From the NCBI GenBank assembly GCA_046565595.1, contig JBKHYG010000025.1, positions 1 through 48,595 on the forward strand: a DNA stretch of 48,595 nucleotides. Direction: 5' to 3'. The translations under genes and the position numbers were made by a program. Each line of letters opens with the position of its first letter. Position 1 is the first letter of the stretch. The notes beneath the pieces were generated by a model. That model ran no database searches, was not told the DNA's origin, and saw nothing but the letters and a program-made list of their open reading frames with translations. This document shows, piece after piece, positions 27,520 through 37,451 of this stretch. This stretch comes from Actinomycetota bacterium. Lineage in GTDB: Bacteria > Actinomycetota > AC-67.

Positions 27520-28304
27520 GATCGATCTACCGCCGCTCGCAGTTCGGATACGAAGCGTCCCACGGCTTCAACGGGACGATCCGAGTCGGAGATCAGCCGC
27601 GTGATCGCGCTGCCGACGATGACACCGTCGGCGAGTTCTGCGGCTTCTGCGGCTTGCTGCGGCGTGGACACGCCGATACCGGCGGCTACGGGTGTGTCTG
27701 TGGTGGCTCGGATCCTGGCGATCAGGTCCCCCACTCCCCCGCTGAGGGTCTCACGCACACCCGTGACGCCGAGCAGCGTCGCCGCGTAGATGAAGCCGGT
27801 CGTCACCTTCGCGATGCTCGCCAGACGCTCATCTGGAGAGGTCTGCGCCGCTATGAAGATGGAGGCCAGGTCGCGTTCACGGGTCTGCTCGAGCCACGGA
27901 TCTGCATCCTCGACGGAGAGGTCGGGGAGGATCGCGCCGACCGCTCCGGCGTCGATGAGCTCGTCGGCGAACCGTTCGAGTCCACGACGGAACGGCAGGT
28001 TGTAGTAGGTCATGGCAACCGTCGGCAATCCGCTCTCGGCGATCGCTTCCTTCAGCAGACCAAGCGCCTGATCCACCGAGGTTCCGCGACTCAGGACCTC
28101 ATGGGTCGCGGCGGCGATGACAGGACCGTCCATGATCGGATCGCTGAAAGGGATGCCTACCTCTAGGACATCGGCTCCGTTCTGAGCAGCTGCAACCGCG
28201 AGTTCCACGAAGGTCTCGGGATCGGGGTAACCACAGACCAGGAACGGCATCACTGCGGTTCTATCGGCCGCGAAGACCCCAGCGAGTCGCTCCGCGGGAC
28301 TCAT
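27516..28304 (-). CDS. trpA: Tryptophan synthase alpha chain
   Basis: [38 protein letters not shown]; ATG 28304 overlaps the trpB stop. Confidence 0.96.
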   Translation of the reverse strand: MSPAERLAGVFAADRTAVMPFLVCGYPDPETFVELAVAAAQNGADVLEVGIPFSDPIMDGPVIAAATHEVLSRGTSVDQALGLLKEAIAESGLPTVAMTYYNLPFRRGLERFADELIDAGAVGAILPDLSVEDADPWLEQTRERDLASIFIAAQTSPDERLASIAKVTTGFIYAATLLGVTGVRETLSGGVGDLIARIRATTDTPVAAGIGVSTPQQAAEAAELADGVIVGSAITRLISDSDRPVEAVGRFVSELRAAVDRS

Positions 28305-29497
28305 CGCTGTTCCTTGGTCGCCGAACGGATCGTGTCGAGATCCTTGTCTCCCCGGCCGCTCAGGTTGATGATCATCAGTTGCTCGCGCGACATCTTCGAG
28401 GCTTCTTCGACGCCCCAAGCGATCGCATGGCTGCTCTCGAGTGCGGCGAGGATCCCTTCGGTGCGCGCAAGGATCTTGAAGCCCTCGAGGGCCTGGTCGT
28501 CGGTGACGCTGGTATAGGTCGCAAGGCCGGTGTCCTGCATGTGGGCATGCTCGGGACCTACGCCGGGATAGTCCAGGCCCGCCGAGATCGAGTGGGTCTC
28601 GGTCACCTGCCCATCAGAGTCCTGAAGCAGCATCGAGAGCGCCCCGTGCAGGACACCCGGGGATCCTCCCGCCAAGGTCGAGGAGTGCTTGCCGGTGTCG
28701 ATCCCGCTTCCTGCGGCCTCGACACCGACGAGTCGCGTGCCTGGTTCTCCGACGAAGCCGTGGAAGATCCCGATCGCGTTGCTGCCTCCACCCACGCAGG
28801 CGACCACGGCATCTGGCAGACGACCTTCGGCTTCGAGTATCTGTGCTCGCGCTTCCTCACCGATGACGCGCTGGAACTCTCGCACCAGGTATGGGAAGGG
28901 GTGCGGGCCGACGACGCTTCCGATCGCGTAGTGGGTCGTATCGACATTGGTCACCCAATCCCGCAGCGCCTCGTTGACGGCATCCTTCAGGGTGCGGCTA
29001 CCCGAGGTGACCGGTACGACGGTCGCGCCTAGTTGCTCCATGCGGAACACATTCAGCTGTTGGCGTCGCGTGTCTTCTTCTCCCATGTATACGACGCATT
29101 CCAAGCCGAGCAGAGCCGCAGCGGTAGCGGTAGCCACGCCGTGTTGGCCGGCTCCGGTCTCGGCGATGACGCGGGGCTTCCCCATGCGTTTGGTCAGCAG
29201 GCATTGACCCAGGACATTGTTGACCTTGTGGGCGCCCGTGTGGGCCAGATCCTCGCGTTTCAGGTATATGCGGGCGCCTCCAGCGTGCTCGCTCAGACGA
29301 TCGCATCGCCAGAGGCTGGTAGGTCGGCCGGCATAGTCGGTCAGCAGCCGGGCAAGTTCGGCGTTGAAGGTGTCGTCAGCTCGAGCGTCTTCGAAGGCGG
29401 CATCGAGTTCCGCCAGAGCATGCATCAAAGCTTCTGGAACGAATCTCCCACCGAAGCGGCCGAATCGCCCCGCCGCGTCGGGTCGGAGGTCTGTCAT
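28301..29497 (-). CDS. trpB: Tryptophan synthase beta chain
   Basis: [53 protein letters not shown]. Confidence 0.98.
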   Translation of the reverse strand: MTDLRPDAAGRFGRFGGRFVPEALMHALAELDAAFEDARADDTFNAELARLLTDYAGRPTSLWRCDRLSEHAGGARIYLKREDLAHTGAHKVNNVLGQCLLTKRMGKPRVIAETGAGQHGVATATAAALLGLECVVYMGEEDTRRQQLNVFRMEQLGATVVPVTSGSRTLKDAVNEALRDWVTNVDTTHYAIGSVVGPHPFPYLVREFQRVIGEEARAQILEAEGRLPDAVVACVGGGSNAIGIFHGFVGEPGTRLVGVEAAGSGIDTGKHSSTLAGGSPGVLHGALSMLLQDSDGQVTETHSISAGLDYPGVGPEHAHMQDTGLATYTSVTDDQALEGFKILARTEGILAALESSHAIAWGVEEASKMSREQLMIINLSGRGDKDLDTIRSATKEQR

Positions 29498-29514
29498 CGG
29501 CGGCAGGATATCGG

Positions 29515-30291
29515 CTATCGGACCCTGCCGAGGAGCGAATCGATCGTGGCCGCGACATCCGTGCTGCGCATCAGCGCCTCTCCTACCAGGATCGCATCCA
29601 CCCCAAGCCCTTCGATCGCTTCGACATCGGAACGCTGCTTGATGCCGCTCTCTCCGACGATCAGCACGCCGTCTGGGATGGAGGGGCGGACCTTGGCGAT
29701 CTGGCTGGGATCCACCTCGAGTGTCTTGAGGTTGCGGGTGTTGATCCCGACGATGCGCGCGTGTGCTTCCAGAGCCGTACCGACCTCGTCCTCATCGTGG
29801 ACCTCCACCAGGACATCCAGACCGAAGCCGCGCGCCATCTCGTGCAGATCCGCTAACTCCGATGGGTCTAGAGCCGCGACGATCAGCAGGATCGCGTCCG
29901 CGCCTGCAACTCGAGCCTCTAGGAGATGGAGTTCCTCGCAGAGGAAATCCTTCCGGATGATCGGCAGATCGCAACCGCTTCGAGCCGACCTCAGATCTTC
30001 CAGCGATCCTGCGAAATGCTCCGGTTCGGTCAGGACGCTGACCGCACTCGCGCCGCCCGCCTGGTAGGCGGCGGCACGCTCTGCCGGATCGATGTCGTGG
30101 TTGATGACGCCGACGCTCGGACTGGACCGCTTCACCTCGGCGATCAAGGACAACGACTCGGCAGCCAGAGCTTGCGCGAAGCCTCGAGCGGGCTCGAGTT
30201 CGGCCACTCGTGCGCGCAGTTCGGCGATCTGGTTCGAGCGAGCACGCGCGTCCGCGCGCCTGGCCGCGGTCACATCCTTCAAGAATGACAC
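29515..30291 (-). CDS. trpC: Indole-3-glycerol phosphate synthase
   Basis: [46 protein letters not shown]. Confidence 0.97.
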   Translation of the reverse strand: MSFLKDVTAARRADARARSNQIAELRARVAELEPARGFAQALAAESLSLIAEVKRSSPSVGVINHDIDPAERAAAYQAGGASAVSVLTEPEHFAGSLEDLRSARSGCDLPIIRKDFLCEELHLLEARVAGADAILLIVAALDPSELADLHEMARGFGLDVLVEVHDEDEVGTALEAHARIVGINTRNLKTLEVDPSQIAKVRPSIPDGVLIVGESGIKQRSDVEAIEGLGVDAILVGEALMRSTDVAATIDSLLGRVR

Positions 30292-30353
30292 GCTCGCAGA
30301 CTACGAGTTGGGTAACCGCCGCGTGAGCCACGATCCACTGAGCAGATCGACGA

Positions 30354-31841
30354 CTAGAGTTGCTGAGCTCCTCTGACCGCAGCCAGGAACGCCCCCGCCT
30401 TCTGCCTGGTCTCGGCTTCCTCAGAGGCCGGATCGCTATCGGCCACCACCCCTGCACCCGCCTGCAGATATGCCGCGCCGTCGCGCATGTAGCCGGTGCG
30501 CAGAGCGATGCATGTATCAAGGTTGCCTGAGAAGTCGATGTATCCGACCGCTCCCGCGTACGGGCCCCGCCGGGTGGGTTCGAGCGCATCGATGAGTTCC
30601 ATGGCGCGGATCTTGGGCGCGCCCGTGACGGTGCCTGCCGGGAACGCGGCACGAAACGCTTCGAGAGGGCCAACACCCTCAGCGAGCGTTCCGGTGACAC
30701 TGCTCGCGATATGCATCACATGGCTATAGCGCTCCACCGACATCAGGTCTCCGACCCTGACCGTCCCTGGCTCGCACACGCGTCCCAGATCGTTACGGGC
30801 CAGATCGACCAGCATCACATGCTCGGCGCGTTCCTTCTCGTCTCCAAGCAGTTCGTGCGCGAGCGCATCGTCTTCCTCGTCGTTCGCGCCTCGGCGTCTG
30901 GTCCCCGCGATCGGGCGGATGGTCGCCTGGCGTCCCCGAACCCGTATGAGCGGCTCGGGAGAACTGCCCACGATCGAAGCGTCGTCGGTCTGCAGGAAGA
31001 ACATGTAGGGGGATGGGTTGATCAGCCGGAGCACCCGGTAGACATCGACCGGATCGGCATCGGTCGGCAACCTGAAGCGTTGAGAGGGAACCACCTGGAA
31101 AACCTCGCCATCGGCGATCGCTTCCTTCGCGCGGGACACCGCCGCGATGAAGTCTGCCGGTGTCCGGTTGCTCTCGACATCGCCGGCCGCCGGTGATGGC
31201 GCCACGACAGGAGGTCGGAGACGAGCCGCCGCCACAGGTTGCGCGATGGCGGCGACGGTCCGGTCTATGGCTTCCAGGGCCCGGTCGTAACTGCCTGCCG
31301 GATCGTCTCCGATCACGGCGTTCGCGATGACCCGCATCCGTTGACGGAGATGGTCGAACGCGATCACGACACCGGTGAAACTCATCCAGAGTTCGGGCAG
31401 ACCCAGATCGTCGTCGGTGGTCTGAGGTAGGCGCTCGATGTAACGGATGCAGTCGTACCCGATGTATCCGACGGCTCCGGAGTGAAGCGGCGGCATCCCT
31501 GGCAACTCTGGGACCGTGAACGCAGCTACAGCCTCCTCGAGAGCCGCCAGCGGGTCCGACGCTTCGCCCAGCGAGGCGGGCAATGCTCCTTCGATGGATA
31601 TCTTCCCCGCCCGTCCGGTCAGCAGACCGAAGGGCTCGAGACCGATGAACGAGAACCGTCCCCAGCGCTCGCCGTGTTCGACGCTCTCCAGCAGGAATGA
31701 CCGCGGAGGTGCGCCGAGTTTGCGATACACGCCTACCGGGGTCTCCAGGTCACCCAGGATCTCTACGCTGACGGGTACGAGAGGATGCTGTTGCGCCAGC
31801 GCAAAGAAGGCGTCCCTATCCGGGGTCGTCGTCAGGTCCAC
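30354..31841 (-). CDS. trpE: Anthranilate synthase component I
   Basis: FLLES, NPSPYMF, GSSPE, PIAGTRRRG, EHVMLVDLARND, GAPKIRAM, QAGAGVVADS. Confidence 0.95.
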   Translation of the reverse strand: MDLTTTPDRDAFFALAQQHPLVPVSVEILGDLETPVGVYRKLGAPPRSFLLESVEHGERWGRFSFIGLEPFGLLTGRAGKISIEGALPASLGEASDPLAALEEAVAAFTVPELPGMPPLHSGAVGYIGYDCIRYIERLPQTTDDDLGLPELWMSFTGVVIAFDHLRQRMRVIANAVIGDDPAGSYDRALEAIDRTVAAIAQPVAAARLRPPVVAPSPAAGDVESNRTPADFIAAVSRAKEAIADGEVFQVVPSQRFRLPTDADPVDVYRVLRLINPSPYMFFLQTDDASIVGSSPEPLIRVRGRQATIRPIAGTRRRGANDEEDDALAHELLGDEKERAEHVMLVDLARNDLGRVCEPGTVRVGDLMSVERYSHVMHIASSVTGTLAEGVGPLEAFRAAFPAGTVTGAPKIRAMELIDALEPTRRGPYAGAVGYIDFSGNLDTCIALRTGYMRDGAAYLQAGAGVVADSDPASEEAETRQKAGAFLAAVRGAQQL

Positions 31842-31851
31842 GGCAGCGATG

Positions 31852-32175
31852 CTAGGCCTCGATCGACCTGTAGAAGCAGGTCCTCTCGCCGGTGTGACAC
31901 GCCGGGCCGGCTGCGTCTACCAACACCAGCAGCGTGTCGGCGTCGCAGTCGTAGCGCACCTCCTTGACCGCCTGGGTGTTCCCGCTGGTGGCTCCCTTGT
32001 TCCAGAACTCCTGGCGGCTGCGCGACCAGAACCAGGTCGTCTTCGAGTCGAGCGTCCGTTGCAGGGACTCTTGGTTCATCCACGCGACCATCAGGACCTC
32101 CCCCGAGTCGTGCTGTTGGACTACCGCCGGGATGAGCCCGCGTTCGTCGTACCTGATCGGAGTTTCGGTTCGCAT
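31852..32175 (-). CDS. hisI: Phosphoribosyl-AMP cyclohydrolase (not fused to HisE)
   Basis: [39 protein letters not shown]. Confidence 0.97.
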   Translation of the reverse strand: MRTETPIRYDERGLIPAVVQQHDSGEVLMVAWMNQESLQRTLDSKTTWFWSRSRQEFWNKGATSGNTQAVKEVRYDCDADTLLVLVDAAGPACHTGERTCFYRSIEA

Positions 32176-32182
32176 CCTTCTC

Positions 32183-32941
32183 CTAACGCATCGTCAAGCC
32201 GCGCTCGCGGCACTCGTCCTTGACCTGAGAGATCCGAAGTTCGCCGAAGTGGAAGACGCTGGCGGCCAGGGCAGCATCGGCCCCTCCGGCCTGGAGGGCG
32301 TCTGCGAAATGGGATGGTGCTCCCGCTCCTCCGCTTGCTATGACCGGAACCTCGACGGCTTCGGAAACGGCTCTGGTCAGTTCCAAAGCGAAGCCATCCT
32401 TGGTGCCATCGTGATCCATGCTCGTCAACAGGATCTCTCCCGCGCCCAGTTCGCCGGTGCCGCGCACCGCCCAATCGACGGCGTCTAGACCTGTCGGGGT
32501 TCGTCCTCCGTGGGTGACGACCTCGAACCGTCCGTCTGGAGTGCGGCGCGCATCGATCGCGAGCACGACGCACTGCTGGCCGACAGCAGCGCTGGCCTCC
32601 GTGATGAGTTCGGGACGCTGCACCGCTGCGGTGTTGATCCCGACCTTGTCGGCGCCCGCGTTCAGCAACCGGCGAACATCTTCGACGCTTCGGACGCCTC
32701 CGCCGACGGTCAGCGGGATGAAGACCTGCTCGGCCGTCCTCGCGACGACCTCGTACATGGTCTCCCGATCGTCGCTGGAGGCGGTGATATCGAGGAAGAC
32801 GAGTTCGTCGGCGCCCTCCTGGTCGTAGACCTTCGCCATCTCCACGGGATCGCCAGCGTCGATGAGATCCACGAACCGGACCCCCTTGACCACCCGGCCG
32901 TCGGTCACATCCAGGCAGGGGATGATCCGCTTAGCCAGCAT
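32183..32941 (-). CDS. hisF: Imidazole glycerol phosphate synthase subunit HisF
   Basis: [50 protein letters not shown]. Confidence 0.98.
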   Translation of the reverse strand: MLAKRIIPCLDVTDGRVVKGVRFVDLIDAGDPVEMAKVYDQEGADELVFLDITASSDDRETMYEVVARTAEQVFIPLTVGGGVRSVEDVRRLLNAGADKVGINTAAVQRPELITEASAAVGQQCVVLAIDARRTPDGRFEVVTHGGRTPTGLDAVDWAVRGTGELGAGEILLTSMDHDGTKDGFALELTRAVSEAVEVPVIASGGAGAPSHFADALQAGGADAALAASVFHFGELRISQVKDECRERGLTMR

Positions 32942-33656
32942 GCTGGTCCCCCGACGCCGCTACGGCTTCAGGCAGCGTGAATCTGCCGGCATACAGCGCC
33001 TTGCCGATGATCGCCTCGCGTACCCCACGATCTCGCAGCGCCTCGATGTCGGCGATGCTCGAGATCCCGCCGCTTGCGACAACGACCGCCTCTGTCCGCT
33101 CCGACACATGCGACAGCAACTCGAGGTTCGGTCCGTTCAGCATCCCGTCCCTCGCCACATCGGTGACGATGTAGCAGCGAGCTCCTGCAGCGTTCAGGCG
33201 TTCGATCATCGGATCCAGTTCCCCGGCATCCTCGGTCCAACCCCGCGCCTGCAGCCTTGACCCACGACAGTCCAGACCGACGGCAACCTTCTCGCCGTGC
33301 TCGGCAACTATCCGCGAGACGAAATCGGGATCGGCCAGAGCCCGCGTGCCGACCACAACCCGTGCTGCTCCCGCTTCGAGCATCGCGCTGACCGCATCCT
33401 CATCGCGGATCCCGCCCGACACCTCGACCTTGATGGGAACATCTGCGACGATCCTCTTCACCAGTTCGATGTTGCGAGGGATCCCTTCGAGCGCAGCATC
33501 CAGATCGACGACATGTAGCCAGGCGGCTCCCGCCTGGACGAAAGCTTCGGCAACCTCGAGCGGATCGTCCGCGTAGACGGTCTCTTGCTCGTAGTCGCCC
33601 TGGGTCAGGCGCACAGCGCGCCCTTCCCTAAGGTCGATCGCAGGTAGCAGGATCAT
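32931..33656 (-). CDS. priA: ProFAR isomerase, probably bifunctional PriA (HisA/TrpF)
   Basis: [31 protein letters not shown] (Ser as in PriA), ARGW loop, [12 protein letters not shown]; no trpF in the trp cluster. Confidence 0.85.
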   Translation of the reverse strand: MILLPAIDLREGRAVRLTQGDYEQETVYADDPLEVAEAFVQAGAAWLHVVDLDAALEGIPRNIELVKRIVADVPIKVEVSGGIRDEDAVSAMLEAGAARVVVGTRALADPDFVSRIVAEHGEKVAVGLDCRGSRLQARGWTEDAGELDPMIERLNAAGARCYIVTDVARDGMLNGPNLELLSHVSERTEAVVVASGGISSIADIEALRDRGVREAIIGKALYAGRFTLPEAVAASGDQHAG

Positions 33657-34264
33657 GCTGCCCTCGATCCGGCGACGACCCTCTTCAACAGTTCGAGTCC
33701 GACGCGTCCGCTCTTCTCGGGATGGAACTGGGTGGCCAGCATCGGTCCTCTAGCCACCGCCGAACAGAAGGTTCCGCCGTGATCGGTCCTTGCAGCGATC
33801 ACCTGATCATCTCGTGGCTCCGGGAAGTAAGAGTGCACGAAATAGAAGAGTTCATCCTCTAGGCCTTCGAACCACTCGCGACCAGCATCCGCAGGCTGGA
33901 TCGAGTTCCATCCGATGTGCGGCACCTTCGGCCCTGGACCGAACCTGACCACCGAACCGTCAACGACTCCCATCCCCGCAGCGGGATCCTCTTGACTGCC
34001 ATCGAACAAGACCTGGAGGCCCAGACAGATCCCTAGGTACGGCCGCTGGGCTTCGATCCAGTCTCGCACCTGCGACATCCGTACCTCGCCGAGCGTGCGG
34101 ACACAGGCGCCGAAGTGCCCTTGGCCTGGAACCACCAACAGATCGACACCCTTGTCTGGCACCTCGCTGGCGATCTCGACGCTCGCTCCGACGCTCTCGA
34201 GAGCCTTCGCGACCGACCGCAGGTTCCCCATACCATGATCGAGGACGGTGACTCGTGCGGTCAC
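33653..34264 (-). CDS. hisH: Imidazole glycerol phosphate synthase glutaminase subunit
   Basis: DHGMGNLRSV, PGQG, GICLGLQ, VPHIGWN, FYFVHSY, QFHPEKS; GTG 34264 overlaps the hisB stop. Confidence 0.97.
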   Translation of the reverse strand: MTARVTVLDHGMGNLRSVAKALESVGASVEIASEVPDKGVDLLVVPGQGHFGACVRTLGEVRMSQVRDWIEAQRPYLGICLGLQVLFDGSQEDPAAGMGVVDGSVVRFGPGPKVPHIGWNSIQPADAGREWFEGLEDELFYFVHSYFPEPRDDQVIAARTDHGGTFCSAVARGPMLATQFHPEKSGRVGLELLKRVVAGSRAA

Positions 34265-34839
34265 AGGACTCCCTTGGTACTCGGAACTCCCCCGCCGATC
34301 TGACGGACCGCATCTCGAAAGGCCCTGGCCGTCGCCTTGAATGCACACTCGAGGATGTGATGCGGGTCGGTCCCGGCGATCTGACGCACCTGCAAGGTCA
34401 GCGCTGCGGTCTGGGTGACCGAGCGGAAGAAGTGTTCAGCTAGGTGCGGATCGAAGGCGCCGATCTTCTCGGTCCCGGGATCGACCTCCCAGACCAGGTA
34501 GGGACGCCCGGACAGGTCGAGGGCCACCTGACAGCAGGCTTCATCCAGGGGTACCAGCGCGTCTCCGAACCGGTTCAGCCCCGACTTGTCGCCGAGCGCT
34601 TCGGTCAGGGCTTGACCGAAGACGATGCCACAGTCCTCGACCGTGTGATGGGCGTCCACCTCTAGATCGCCCCGAGCCGACAGGCGCAGGTCGAATCCTG
34701 CGTGCTTGCCCAGCTGAGCGAGCATGTGATCGAAGAAGGGCAAGCCGGTCTCGGCGTCAGCGATGCCTTCCCCGTCAAGGTTCAGATCCAAGGTGATCTC
34801 GGTCTCTTTGGTCTTGCGGTCCACATGAGCGGTTCTCAT
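34261..34839 (-). CDS. hisB: Imidazoleglycerol-phosphate dehydratase
   Basis: RKTKET, FFDHML, DAHHTVED, PLDE, DLSGRP, HHILE..FKA, PSTKGVL. Confidence 0.98.
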   Translation of the reverse strand: MRTAHVDRKTKETEITLDLNLDGEGIADAETGLPFFDHMLAQLGKHAGFDLRLSARGDLEVDAHHTVEDCGIVFGQALTEALGDKSGLNRFGDALVPLDEACCQVALDLSGRPYLVWEVDPGTEKIGAFDPHLAEHFFRSVTQTAALTLQVRQIAGTDPHHILECAFKATARAFRDAVRQIGGGVPSTKGVL

Positions 34840-35888
34840 CAGATCGCTCCTCTCAGAGCCTCTAGGAATCGGTCGTTCTCTTCCCGCGTCGAGATGGTGA
34901 CCCGCAAGGTGCCCGGGATCTGGGATGAGAAATCGCGGACCAGCACCCCGCGTTCCGCCAGAGCACGCCAGAGTTGGCCTGCTTCGCGGTTGGTGCGGAG
35001 CAACAGGAAGTTGGCGTCACTCGGCCAGACCTTGACGGCCATCTCGGTGAGGGCCGCCGCGACCCGGTCGCGTTCGCCAGATATCTGTGAACAGCCCGAG
35101 AGCAGTTCGTCGGCGTGCTCCAAGGCTGCCCTACCGACCGCTTGCGACAACGCCGACAGGTGATACGGGAGCCTGGCAACCTGGAGAGCTTCGACGAACC
35201 AGGGATGCGAGATCGCATACCCCAACCGAGCCCCGGCGAGCCTCCAAGACTTCGAGAAGCTCCGCACGCACACGAGCCTCTCGTTGTCGCTGAGGAGTTC
35301 CTCGGCGGACGCGCCACCGAACTCTCCGTAAGCCTGATCCACGACCACGAGACCTCGCCCAGCATCGAGTGCCGCTTGGATCACCTCTTGAGAGACCGAC
35401 CTGCCCGTCGGGTTGTTCGGTGAGCACAGCAAGATCAGCTCGGGATCGTGCTCTGAGACAGCAGCCTGGACGGTGTCCGCGTCCAGTTCCCAGGGTTCCG
35501 CGATCTCAGCGGCGAGGAACCTCGTCATGCTCACCCGAGCCAGTTGCCGGTACATGGCGTAGGTCGGTTCGAACACGAGCAGGCTGCGTTCGGGTCCTCC
35601 GAAAGCCAGCAAGATGGTCTGCAGGATCTCGTTCGAGCCGTTGGCTACCCAGACGGAATCCGCGTCCCGATCGAATCGCTTGGCTAACCCGGACCGCAGT
35701 TCGGTCAGCTCTCGGTCCGGATAGCGGTTGAATTCGATGCCAGACAGCAGGCGTTGAAGGGTCGTCATGAACCCGGCGGGGGGTGACAGCGGAGACTCGT
35801 TGGTGTTCAGCCGCACCTCGGCTGGGATCTGCGGTGCACGATATGGCGGCAGGTCCTGCAGATCGGGACGGAGCTCGACCGGCCTCAT
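34839..35888 (-). CDS. hisC: Histidinol-phosphate aminotransferase
   Basis: LNTNESP, NRYPD, NGSNE, SPNNPTG, PLP-lysine motif RSFSKSWRLAGARLGY. Confidence 0.95.
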   Translation of the reverse strand: MRPVELRPDLQDLPPYRAPQIPAEVRLNTNESPLSPPAGFMTTLQRLLSGIEFNRYPDRELTELRSGLAKRFDRDADSVWVANGSNEILQTILLAFGGPERSLLVFEPTYAMYRQLARVSMTRFLAAEIAEPWELDADTVQAAVSEHDPELILLCSPNNPTGRSVSQEVIQAALDAGRGLVVVDQAYGEFGGASAEELLSDNERLVCVRSFSKSWRLAGARLGYAISHPWFVEALQVARLPYHLSALSQAVGRAALEHADELLSGCSQISGERDRVAAALTEMAVKVWPSDANFLLLRTNREAGQLWRALAERGVLVRDFSSQIPGTLRVTISTREENDRFLEALRGAI

Positions 35889-37174
35889 GCGCGATACTCG
35901 CTCCGGACCTGGACCGCTCGTGCGTGCGCAACCAATCCCTCTGCCTCTGCGATCGCCTGCAGGGCGGGTGCCACGCGTTGGAGCCCTCCGGGACCGAACG
36001 AGATGATGCCGGTCTGCTTCAGGAAGGTTCCTACGCGAAGAGGCGAGGTGAAACGCGCACTGCCAGCCGTAGGCAGCACATGGTTGGTACCAGCCAGATA
36101 ATCCCCGAGAGACACAGGGGAATAGGGCCCGCAGAAGATCGCGCCAGCGTGCCGGATCCGACCAAGCAGCCTCTCTGGAGTCGCCACCGCCAGTTCGAGG
36201 TGTTCCGGAGCGAACGCGTCAGAGACCCGACAAGCGTGTTCCAGGTCGTCTGTGAGGATGATGCGACCGTACTTGCGCAGAGCCGCTCCCACATCATCGG
36301 CGCGAGGGTGCGCAGCAACCTCGCCGGGGAGGATGCTCAAGACCTCTTTGGCCAGAGACTCATCCGGGGTGATCAGGATGCAGGTTGCGAGCGGATCGTG
36401 CTCGGCCTGGGCAACCAGGTCCGCGGCGGCGAAGGTTGCGGGCATCGTCTCATCGGCGATGACCACGATCTCGGTCGGCCCTTGGAACCCGTCGACCCGT
36501 ACCCTGTGGGCGACCTCCATCTTCGCCAGCGTCACCCACAGGTTGCCCGGACCCACGATCACATCGACTTTCTCGAGCCCGTCGAAACCGTATGCCAGCG
36601 CGGCGATCGCCTGTGCTCCTCCGAGCGCAACGACCTGATCTACCCCTGCGAGGGCAGCCGCGGCGAGCGTGGTCTGATCGATCCTCCCGTCGTCTCCAGG
36701 CGGACATGCCAGGGTCACATGCGGAACCCCCGCGACGCGGGCAGGGATGGCAGTCATCAGCACGCTGCTCGGATAGGAAGCGCGTCCGCCTGGCGCGTAA
36801 CAGCCGGCCCGATCCATCGGCGAGGTGCGTTCTCCGACGGTCGCGCCAGGTTCACCGACGCGCCAGGTTCCGCTGGGTTCGTCAGCGGCCTGCCGCTCGT
36901 GATAGGCGCGGATCCTGACCGCTGCCTGTTCCAGTGCGCTTCGAAGTTCCGGACGCAACGCCTCCAGAGCCTCTCTGCAGACCTGCCTATCGACTAGGAG
37001 CTCCTCTGAGGGAGAACCAACCTCGGCTTGGATCCGCCGTGCGGCCCCCGAGCCGCCATCGCGCACGGCCGCAATGATCGATCGCACCTTCTCGCGCGCA
37101 TCCTCGGTGTCGACGGCGGCACGCGGCAGCGCGGGGATCTCTGCCGTCCCTCGCAGATCGAGCACTTCCAGCAC
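35885..37174 (-). CDS. hisD: Histidinol dehydrogenase
   Basis: YAPGGRASYPSSVLM, GGAQAIAALAYG, GPGN, QAEHD, APEHL, GDYLAGTNHVLPT. Confidence 0.97.
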   Translation of the reverse strand: MLEVLDLRGTAEIPALPRAAVDTEDAREKVRSIIAAVRDGGSGAARRIQAEVGSPSEELLVDRQVCREALEALRPELRSALEQAAVRIRAYHERQAADEPSGTWRVGEPGATVGERTSPMDRAGCYAPGGRASYPSSVLMTAIPARVAGVPHVTLACPPGDDGRIDQTTLAAAALAGVDQVVALGGAQAIAALAYGFDGLEKVDVIVGPGNLWVTLAKMEVAHRVRVDGFQGPTEIVVIADETMPATFAAADLVAQAEHDPLATCILITPDESLAKEVLSILPGEVAAHPRADDVGAALRKYGRIILTDDLEHACRVSDAFAPEHLELAVATPERLLGRIRHAGAIFCGPYSPVSLGDYLAGTNHVLPTAGSARFTSPLRVGTFLKQTGIISFGPGGLQRVAPALQAIAEAEGLVAHARAVQVRSEYRA

Positions 37175-37184
37175 GGGCGGGATG

Positions 37185-37451
37185 CTAGTCGTCCGACCCG
37201 TTTCCGTTTGACGATTCCGCGAGGGTTCCGCGACGCGCCCTCTCGATCAGTTCACCTGCCAGGCGCGATACCTCGGTGGCGACTGCGGCGAGTTGGAGTG
37301 ACTCCTCCAAGGCTGACGCTTCGTCTCCGCCGGTCCGTCTCGCGGTGGAAACGATGGTGGTCGAACGCAGTCGGGCCGTCTCGGCAAGCTCTGCGAGCTC
37401 GTCCAAAGACATCCTCAGCAGGAGTCGGAGCCGGCGGTTCTGATCGGTCAC
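37185..37451 (-). CDS. Small helical hypothetical protein
   Basis: GTGA overlap with the dnaE stop; exactly fills the dnaE-hisD gap. Confidence 0.65.
   Translation of the reverse strand: MTDQNRRLRLLLRMSLDELAELAETARLRSTTIVSTARRTGGDEASALEESLQLAAVATEVSRLAGELIERARRGTLAESSNGNGSDD

Noticed and set aside
27516-37174. Absence of hisG, hisE, trpD and trpG from the cluster as pathway loss
   Set aside because: These genes are usually located elsewhere in actinobacterial genomes; this cannot be judged from one window.
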